From: an uncultured Candidatus Saccharibacteria bacterium
GTDB taxonomy: Bacteria > Patescibacteriota > Doudnabacteria > UBA920
Direction of reading: 5' to 3'
Length of the DNA: 64,000 bases
Assembly: GCA_964483665.1 (NCBI GenBank)
Contig: CAZACP010000001.1
Coordinates: 70,358-134,357, forward strand
Positions 55,205 to 64,000 of the stretch are shown here, piece by piece. Position 1 is the first letter of the stretch. Every line of letters begins with the position of its first letter. Below the pieces are notes generated by a model, which was not told the origin of the DNA, did not search any database, and saw only the letters and a list, made by a program, of their open reading frames with translations. A program made the position numbers and the translations under genes.

Positions 55205-56683
55205 CTAATTTCCAATATCTGTTCCCGATTTTTCCTTCATAAGCGGAAATACAACTGTCTCTCGTATAGATTTACCCATTAAAACTGAAAATAGCCTTTC
55301 AGAAACTCCAAATCCGGCAGCCGGAGGCATACCGTATTCCATGGCTTCCACATAAGCTTCGTCCAGCATTTGGGCTTCTTCGTCCCCTGCCGCCCGAAGC
55401 TTCATTTGCTCGTCAAAACGGGAACGTTGGTCAATTGGGTCGTTAAGTTCGCCAAAACCCTTGCCTAACTCCGTGCCAAACGCTAAAATCTGCATCCTCT
55501 GAACAATTTTAGGGTTCTTTGGGTCTCTTTTGGCAAGCGGTTCTAATTCTACCGGCTGGTCTACTAAAAATACAGGCTTATTGCCCGGAATATTTTTTCT
55601 GACTTCCTTAAAAATAATGTCTATTAACCTGCCTCGGCCAGCTGCCGGTTCGTATTTTAAATGATGTTTGTCGCAGTATGCGCGCAGTTCATTGTCATCT
55701 GCTTCCATTAAATCCAGCCCCGTATGTTTTTTAAAAATTTCAATATAGCTAATTTTTTCCCAAGTCCCCGAGAAGTCCACTGTTTGTCCGTGGGCAGTTA
55801 TTGTTAAGTCGCCAAAAACATCCATAATAATTTTTTGGTACATTTTTTGACAAAACTGCATCATTTGTTCAAAACCCGCGTATGCCCAGTAAAATTCCAT
55901 TTGGGTGTAGTCCTGCAAGTGTTCGGTGTCTATGCCCTCGTTCCTAAAAATGCGGCCAATTTCAAAAACTTTCTCATAGCCCGCTACCAGCATTTTTTTT
56001 AATGGAAGCTCTAAGCTTATCCTAAGGTAGAAATCACGATCAAGCGCGTTATGGTGGGTTATAAACGGTCTAGCTTCCGCTCCGCCGGGTATGGGTTCGA
56101 GTATAGGCATATCTATATGCAAGAACCCGGCGTCCTCCATAAATTTTCTCATACTATTCCAAAACTTGGATTTCTTTACAAAAACTTCTTTGGCCTCGGG
56201 GTTTAGTAAAATATCTAAGTATCTTTTTCTTAGGCGGGTTTCTTCATCTGCCAGACCAAAATGTTCAGTCGGTAGAGGCAGCAGGCTTTTTGCCAGCAGT
56301 TTATAGCTTAGGGTTTGCAGAGTTTTTTCTTCGGTTTTGGTTTTAAACAGTTTGCCGGTAACCTGCACAAAGTCTCCGGTATCTAGGTTTTTTAAAGCAA
56401 ACTTAAAAACATCTGCTCCTAAGTCATCGCTCTTAAACAAAACCTGTATTTTGGCAGATCCGTCTTCTATATGGACAAACATAATTTTGCCCATATCGCG
56501 AAAAGAACGGATCCTGCCGACTAAAGTAATTTCCTGATTTTGTAAACTGTCAAAGTCATTTAAAGCCTGTAGATTGGTGTGGGTACGCTCGGTAATGGAA
56601 GGATACGGGTCAACTCCCGCGGCTTTAACAGCCTCAAGCTTGGTTTTTTTTGCTTTTATAATATCTTCTAGTCTTTCTGACAT
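55205..56683 (-). CDS. lysS: Lysine--tRNA ligase (class II)
   Basis: GGAEARPF, YLRIS, FRNEG, YGMPPAAG. Confidence 0.97.
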   Translation of the reverse strand: MSERLEDIIKAKKTKLEAVKAAGVDPYPSITERTHTNLQALNDFDSLQNQEITLVGRIRSFRDMGKIMFVHIEDGSAKIQVLFKSDDLGADVFKFALKNLDTGDFVQVTGKLFKTKTEEKTLQTLSYKLLAKSLLPLPTEHFGLADEETRLRKRYLDILLNPEAKEVFVKKSKFWNSMRKFMEDAGFLHIDMPILEPIPGGAEARPFITHHNALDRDFYLRISLELPLKKMLVAGYEKVFEIGRIFRNEGIDTEHLQDYTQMEFYWAYAGFEQMMQFCQKMYQKIIMDVFGDLTITAHGQTVDFSGTWEKISYIEIFKKHTGLDLMEADDNELRAYCDKHHLKYEPAAGRGRLIDIIFKEVRKNIPGNKPVFLVDQPVELEPLAKRDPKNPKIVQRMQILAFGTELGKGFGELNDPIDQRSRFDEQMKLRAAGDEEAQMLDEAYVEAMEYGMPPAAGFGVSERLFSVLMGKSIRETVVFPLMKEKSGTDIGN

Positions 56684-56703
56684 GGTGAATTAAATTGTAT
56701 TTA

Positions 56704-56777
56704 AGCCATTCCGAACGGAGTGAGGAATCCCTTCTGGGTTGTTTAAAAAGCGATTCTTCGCTACGCTCTGAATGGCT
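56704..56777. repeat. REP-like doublet upstream of lysS
   Basis: AGCCATTCCGAACGGAGTGAGGAATC...GATTCTTCGCTACGCTCTGAATGGCT inverted pair; related to the gpmI, AlkD-like and 36407-36436 elements. Confidence 0.75.
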
Positions 56778-56884
56778 GAATGTTTAGGTGATTAAAATCT
56801 TTAATTTATTATAACAAAAAACCGCCCCTTTGGGCAAAGGGCGGTTTAATTTCGTCGATTTCGTCAATTTCTTCTATTTTCTTG

Positions 56885-57346
56885 TTATTCAATAGAAACT
56901 ATTTCGTATTCAGTTTCTCCTGCCGGGGTTTGGATTTTTGTTTTGTTCCCGGCTTTTTGGCCTAAAAGCGCTTTTCCCACAATGGACTCATTGGAAATCT
57001 TGTTTTCTTTTGGGTTAGCTTCATTGCTCCCCACTATAGTGTATTTTCTTTCATTGCCGCCTACCTTTACCGTAACAGTTGAGCCTATGGTGACTGTGTT
57101 GTGATTGCCGCCGGACTGAATAATTTCCGCATTTTTAATCATGTCTTCTATTTCAGCAATCCTGCCTTCTATAAAACTTTGCTCTTCACGGGCTTGGGCG
57201 TAGTCGGCGTTTTCGCTTAAATCGCCATGAGCTGCTGCCTCGCGGATGCGTTCAATAACCTCTTTGCGTTTTACTTCAATTAGGTTTTTGAGTTCGTCGT
57301 TAAGTTTTGTAAGCCCTTCCGGGGTTAAAAGATATTTTTTAGCCAT
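56885..57346 (-). CDS. greA: Transcription elongation factor GreA
   Basis: HGDLSENADY, ISNESIVGKALLG. Confidence 0.96.
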   Translation of the reverse strand: MAKKYLLTPEGLTKLNDELKNLIEVKRKEVIERIREAAAHGDLSENADYAQAREEQSFIEGRIAEIEDMIKNAEIIQSGGNHNTVTIGSTVTVKVGGNERKYTIVGSNEANPKENKISNESIVGKALLGQKAGNKTKIQTPAGETEYEIVSIE

Positions 57347-57563
57347 GTTATTAAAATATTCCCGCGCTATGCGGGAATTAAAATTGCTTATTTATTATGG
57401 TTAGTTGATATATCTTACAACTATTTTATTTTTGTGTCAATGTTCACAGATACACAGATAAAATACAGATAACACAGATTTGACTTAATCTGGTTTTATG
57501 GCATTTCTCAATTTGTGATATTAAATGAGTCTGTGGTATCTGTGTGCAGCAAAGATCTGTGAA

Positions 57564-59645
<2,082 letters not shown>

Positions 59646-59649
59646 TCAT

Positions 59650-59937
59650 CTAACAAATGTGAATCAATATTTTTTCGTATTTTTTTAATATCTGTTTGAT
59701 TTTCGACTTATAATTTGGCCCGTCGTATTCTTTTAAAAGTTTAATAGTTGATTGAATTTGACTATAATTCGCATCGGTACCCGCGTAAATAAGCTTATTT
59801 CTTTCGAGTTCAGACAAGCCTTTAACACCTTCTATAAATTCTTTGGGTAAATAATTAGTACTACTAAATAAGTTCTCCAAAGACAAATAGAGGTTATTTA
59901 TATAGATATCAATGTTTGGATTAGCCTCAGCAAACAT
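59650..59937 (-). CDS. Hypothetical protein
   Basis: 95-aa low-GC ORF; TAAAAT 7 nt before the ATG. Confidence 0.5.
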   Translation of the reverse strand: MFAEANPNIDIYINNLYLSLENLFSSTNYLPKEFIEGVKGLSELERNKLIYAGTDANYSQIQSTIKLLKEYDGPNYKSKIKQILKKYEKILIHIC

Positions 59938-60049
59938 ATAATTAATTTTAGCAAATTTTAAGGTAAAAATCCAGTCAAAAATGTGTATAAAAATATATAA
60001 AATAACGCTTAAATAAGCGCTATTTTAGGTATCATACTATATCATACTT

Positions 60050-61177
60050 TTATCTGAGCTCGGCATTGTAAATTCTTTTGGTTTCATCGTAAAGTTTGTT
60101 GTGAATTACGTCAACTTCTTCACTTTTTAAAGTCCTTTCCGGGCTCCTATAAACTATGTGGTAGGTATAAGACATTCGGTCTTTGCCGAATTTTTCGTCG
60201 TTTTCGTACTTATCCATAAGTTCTACCTGCTCGACTAAGTCCCCTCCAAGTTCCCTAATCAAATCAAAATAATTATTCGGTACAAAGTTTTTATTTACAA
60301 TAAAAGAAATATCCCTGGGTACAGGTGGAAACTTGGAAACTTCTACGTACTTTTGGCCTAAAACAAGTTGTTTTTTAATTCTCTCATCTGTAGACCACAA
60401 AAGCCTTATGTCTGGAAGTTCCATAGAAATCATTGCCAATCTTTCAAGTCCAAAGCCAAAAGCCCAACCATGGTAACCCTTCAGACCCATGTTTTCGAGG
60501 CAAGATTTTCTAGCCATGCCGCTGCCAAGCATTTCAATCCATTGGCCCTTTATTTCAGCCTCCATTTCAAAACTGGGGTCGGTGTATGGAAAATTATGTT
60601 CATAAAAACGAAAGTTGGCATTTCCAAAAACACTTTTAGCTACTTCTGATAAAGTGTTTTTTAAATCATCAGGAGTTATAGTTTGCTTGTCATCTGGCGC
60701 TACGTATAAACCACCAAACTGATGAAAAACATTCATGTGTTTACTATCGATTTCATCTTTCCTGTAAACTTTACCATAACAAATTGCGCCAAGTGTTTCT
60801 TTATTTTCAATACGCTTTTTTATTTCTGGATGGTTTAAATAATAATACCAAAAGACAGTATCATGTGTTCTGAGCACATTTTTTTCATTTACATAGTAGG
60901 TATCAGATTTTGAACGCGCCGGGTGTTCCGGCCCCATATTAAATAAATCAAACAAAATATTGGTCGGGGTAATTTCAGGAATTTTTATATCATCAAAGCC
61001 CTCAAGATTTTTAACTTTTTTAGCTCTCTGAACTATTTCTGCCAAAGGACTGTCTTTGCTTCTGGATAAGTCAGGCATGCTTAAATAGCGCCTTATTCTA
61101 AGCGCTTCAAAGTCGGTTCGTTTTTCTAACTCAGCTTTTAAGCTATTTTCTTCTGAAGTATCTATTACTATGTTCAT
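60050..61177 (-). CDS. Monomeric (mitochondrial-type) phenylalanine--tRNA ligase: catalytic domain plus FDX-ACB
   Basis: HPARSKSDTYY, VLRTH, YRKDEID, FPYTDPS, GWAFGFGLERLAM, then RDISF...YRSPERTL anticodon-binding domain. Confidence 0.88.
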   Translation of the reverse strand: MNIVIDTSEENSLKAELEKRTDFEALRIRRYLSMPDLSRSKDSPLAEIVQRAKKVKNLEGFDDIKIPEITPTNILFDLFNMGPEHPARSKSDTYYVNEKNVLRTHDTVFWYYYLNHPEIKKRIENKETLGAICYGKVYRKDEIDSKHMNVFHQFGGLYVAPDDKQTITPDDLKNTLSEVAKSVFGNANFRFYEHNFPYTDPSFEMEAEIKGQWIEMLGSGMARKSCLENMGLKGYHGWAFGFGLERLAMISMELPDIRLLWSTDERIKKQLVLGQKYVEVSKFPPVPRDISFIVNKNFVPNNYFDLIRELGGDLVEQVELMDKYENDEKFGKDRMSYTYHIVYRSPERTLKSEEVDVIHNKLYDETKRIYNAELR

Positions 61178-61239
61178 AGCTGTTAGTTATTTATTGGTAT
61201 TAAGATATCGGGATATTGCTTAATATTCTCAATATCTGC

Positions 61240-61674
61240 CTAAGATTTTATCATATCAGCTTTAAATTCGCTACCAGGTTTTACGTCTTGCTTTAGCAGC
61301 ATTATTTCGGGTTTGTCGCCGGGGGTTTTAGACAAAACAAGTTCAAAAGCAGCGCAAATCATACCCTGGCTTTCTATGCCGCGGATCTTTGCTTTTTGCA
61401 AAATGAAAGGCTCATGGGTTTCGGAATGAATGTTTTGGACAATTTGCGCGCCTGGTAAAGCTAAGGCTACTATATCCCCTTCTCCAAAATTAAAAGCCCC
61501 GCAGACAACTGGTTCTACTATTCTGTCTCCTATATCTAGCTTAATAATTCTGAGCCTGTCGGCATTGGGGTGTTTCTCCACTCCCGCTACCTTTGCCGCA
61601 ACCACTCCCGGAAAAGTTTTCACTGATAATGAAGACGAGAAAAATAATTTTTTGAAAAAATCTATTATTCCCAT
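61240..61674 (-). CDS. Stand-alone tRNA-binding OB-fold (PheT B2-like)
   Basis: KHPNADRL, VVCGAFN, IRGIESQGMICAAFEL. Confidence 0.85.
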   Translation of the reverse strand: MGIIDFFKKLFFSSSLSVKTFPGVVAAKVAGVEKHPNADRLRIIKLDIGDRIVEPVVCGAFNFGEGDIVALALPGAQIVQNIHSETHEPFILQKAKIRGIESQGMICAAFELVLSKTPGDKPEIMLLKQDVKPGSEFKADMIKS

Positions 61675-61705
61675 AATTATGTCAATTTGATCAATTTTGT
61701 CAATT

Positions 61706-63181
61706 TTAATAGTCCCTGCATTCTTCCTGATTGCACATATACCCGGTTTTGCCGCTTGGAGGGGCGTCGTAAATAGCTTTAAGGGTAAAAGTGTCAAATG
61801 TTTCCGAAGCCTGGTATTCATAGTCTGCACTTGTTTTTGGGTCTTTGGGTATATTGGTCATGTATTTGGGAACAAGCGCGGTTTTATATTTTTCTTTGGA
61901 CGGGAAAACATACTCTTGGCTGCCTGCTATATTGTCAGCGGAATAAACCAGCAAGGCAGAACGCAAGCTATCTAAGTCAGTTCGTCTTTGGTCGTCCGAC
62001 GCGGCTGCTTCCAAATTCAACTTGTCATTTTTTGCATCTTTGGCAGTCTTTTTTATTAATTGATTTAAGGTTTCGCTGTAATAGCTTAAAGTAAAGTCTG
62101 TTTTAGACGCATTGGCCGCGTAAGAGTAAACGTATTTGTCTAAATTTATAGGGTCATTTGGATTTAGCGCAGTTTTTATATAGGGCTTAATTGAATCGTA
62201 CATCGGTTTAAATTCGTTGCCGGCCGGGTAAGATTTGTTGTCATCAAAATATTTAATTAAGGCAATACCTACGGTTTTTATGGTCAAAGAGCGCTGGGTG
62301 TCTCGGTCTTGTTTGGCTTCCGGAGTCATTTCTATGTCTTTGGGTAGTCCGGTCTGAGTTGTGGTAGCTGTTGTAACCAAAGTGCTGCTTGCCGTACTAC
62401 TTGCAGAGGGGGCGTTTGAGTCAAATAAATAAATTTTGCTTAAAGCCTCAGTTAGAGCCGTAAGTGTCGGCTGATGCAGGCCAAACTGCCTCATTTTTTC
62501 ATTGAGGTTTTTGATTTCTTCAGACGTAAGTTTTTTGTCGGTTTTTGGATCGTAAGCGTTTTTAGCGTATTCGGTATCGGTATAATTTTTATTCACTCCG
62601 GAGTGGTCAGCCAGCGGGTCGGTGCCGAATACATTAATTTCGTCTCCGTCAGCCAAGCTGTCTTTGTCAGAATCGGCGTTATTTGGATCTGTTTTTAGAG
62701 TATACTCCTGCTCGTTTACCAGACCGTCCCTGTCCGGGTCTGCCGGGTTGCCGCAAATAGCAGGGTCGCAGTCGATTTTGTTGAAATATTTTACCAGCCA
62801 AGCATCTTTGGTAAAACCGGATTCGCCTTGGGTTTGCTTTTTTGGCTGACTAACTACAAAATCTTCAGTTTTGTATTCGTTTAAAAAATATTTGGGTACA
62901 ATAAAATACCCGGCTGCTCCGAGCACTGCCAAAATTATGAACAAAATAATATAGAGTTTAAATCTGGCAAAAAAACTTTTTTTCACTGCGTTTGCGGCAG
63001 GTTCCCCCGGCGCTTTTTGGGCGCTAATGTCAGGGGCTTTGGGTTCAGGTTTTGTTGAGCTAGTAATATTGGGCATAACCAAAGAAGAGTTTTTAATTTT
63101 AGGCATTACATTAAAAAAAGTTAAACTCTCTGTCTCTTCTTTGTGCTCTGAAGATTCGATTTGTTTTTTTTGCTCTTCCAT
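61706..63181 (-). CDS. Membrane-anchored protein with DxDxDG Ca-binding repeats and two pilin-head-like domains
   Basis: TM; DPDRDGL, DSDKDSL; RDTQRSLTI...YFDDNKSYP and DDQRRTDL...IPKDP. Confidence 0.7.
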   Translation of the reverse strand: MEEQKKQIESSEHKEETESLTFFNVMPKIKNSSLVMPNITSSTKPEPKAPDISAQKAPGEPAANAVKKSFFARFKLYIILFIILAVLGAAGYFIVPKYFLNEYKTEDFVVSQPKKQTQGESGFTKDAWLVKYFNKIDCDPAICGNPADPDRDGLVNEQEYTLKTDPNNADSDKDSLADGDEINVFGTDPLADHSGVNKNYTDTEYAKNAYDPKTDKKLTSEEIKNLNEKMRQFGLHQPTLTALTEALSKIYLFDSNAPSASSTASSTLVTTATTTQTGLPKDIEMTPEAKQDRDTQRSLTIKTVGIALIKYFDDNKSYPAGNEFKPMYDSIKPYIKTALNPNDPINLDKYVYSYAANASKTDFTLSYYSETLNQLIKKTAKDAKNDKLNLEAAASDDQRRTDLDSLRSALLVYSADNIAGSQEYVFPSKEKYKTALVPKYMTNIPKDPKTSADYEYQASETFDTFTLKAIYDAPPSGKTGYMCNQEECRDY

Positions 63182-63188
63182 AGTTAGC

Positions 63189-63563
63189 TTAGATTTTCAA
63201 ATTCAAAAATATTTCTAAAATAGCAAAAGGCAGAAAAACGCTTAACATTACCCACCAAAACAGCAACCCATGAGCCGATAAAGTTAAGCAGATTATTAAA
63301 AAAATACTAAGCAGAAGCGCTTGCCTAAGACTGTTCGAAAGGTTTACGGAAAAAATCCCCTTTGAGGCAAATTTTCTGAATGTTACCCCTAGTAAGGTAA
63401 GCAGTCCGGTTGAGAAAAGAAAAATACTTATATAGAGAGATAAAATTATTAAGTAACCGGAGTTTTCAGGGTCTGTATAAAATAATATGCTAGCAAGCGA
63501 AAACCCGGAGAGAGCTGTCGCGCCTATTATTGTCAATATGAATTTTTTGGCTTCAAAAAACAT
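63189..63563 (-). CDS. Four-TM hypothetical membrane protein
   Basis: Hydrophobic helices; SLRQ motif. Confidence 0.7.
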   Translation of the reverse strand: MFFEAKKFILTIIGATALSGFSLASILFYTDPENSGYLIILSLYISIFLFSTGLLTLLGVTFRKFASKGIFSVNLSNSLRQALLLSIFLIICLTLSAHGLLFWWVMLSVFLPFAILEIFLNLKI

Positions 63564-63633
63564 TTTTATTATATCACGAATTGCAAAAAAATAAAAATTT
63601 TGTAGTTTTTGATATTAGAGATTATTTTTTGCT

Positions 63634-64000
63634 TTAACGGGCTTCTAAATATTCAAATTCACAATTATGATCCTTGCATTTTTCATGCTCTTCTTTAAAT
63701 AGGTCAAATTTAATAGTTTTGGTAATTTTGTCCATCAGGCTTAGTAATTCTTTTTTTAATTCGTTTATTTTTTCTGAGTCAGCAAGTTCTTCGGTTAAAA
63801 ATTGCTCTTCGTTTTCCCTTAAAAACCAATATTTTAAACCCGAAACTTTTTCTTTTAAGTATTCTTGGGCAGCCCATTGGTAAATATAGAGCTGGTCAAT
63901 ATCGCGCTTTTCGTTTTTTCTTGGTTTTTTGCCGGTTTTGTAGTCGTAAATTACTAGTCCCTCAGGCGCTTCGTCCGCCCGGTCTATACGGCCAACCAGC
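63634..64000 (-). CDS. C-terminal PD-(D/E)XK nuclease domain, probably of a UvrD/AddA-like helicase-nuclease (5' part outside window)
   Basis: Manual translation LVGRIDRAD...IYDYKTGK...QLYIY. Confidence 0.85.
   Translation of the reverse strand, partial: LVGRIDRADEAPEGLVIYDYKTGKKPRKNEKRDIDQLYIYQWAAQEYLKEKVSGLKYWFLRENEEQFLTEELADSEKINELKKELLSLMDKITKTIKFDLFKEEHEKCKDHNCEFEYLEAR

Overview
AT-rich (roughly 35-40% GC by eye) chromosomal segment of a small-genome bacterium. Gene content points to Patescibacteria/CPR; a Parcubacteria/Doudnabacteria-like lineage is an inference. Supporting features are type IV pilin-like genes, archaeal-type UMP kinase and AhcY, short EF-Ts, a PaaX/Cas2-like ORF and few biosynthetic genes. 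The standard genetic code fits. Most of the window is housekeeping: gpmI, rpmG, ahcY, engB, trhO, tsf, rpsB, rpmE, prfA, prmC, rplY, rodA, dnaE, thrS, map, two adk, cysS, dnaB, recR, rplU, pyrH, serS, lysS, greA, gyrB, a monomeric PheRS, a glycosylation cluster and four tRNAs (Trp, Thr-TGT, Tyr, Thr-GGT). The main unexplained signals are: (1) a ~700-nt GC-rich minus-strand transcription unit between dnaE and thrS with a perfect TTGACA-17-TATAAT promoter, a terminator, recurring K-turn motifs and no long ORF, a candidate new large ncRNA; (2) divergent from it, an atypical T-box-like thrS leader with an ultrashort K-turn stem I showing ACC; (3) a GIY-YIG nuclease beside tRNA-Thr and a tandem tRNA copy interrupted by four related hairpins; (4) several families of REP/RPE-like palindromes inserted in frame in genes including gpmI, prfA, prmC and dnaE; (5) a Cas2-fold/PaaX-like gene bracketed by 38-bp palindromic direct repeats; (6) a mitochondrial-type PheRS. 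All calls come from reading the sequence; no database searches or folding programs were run.
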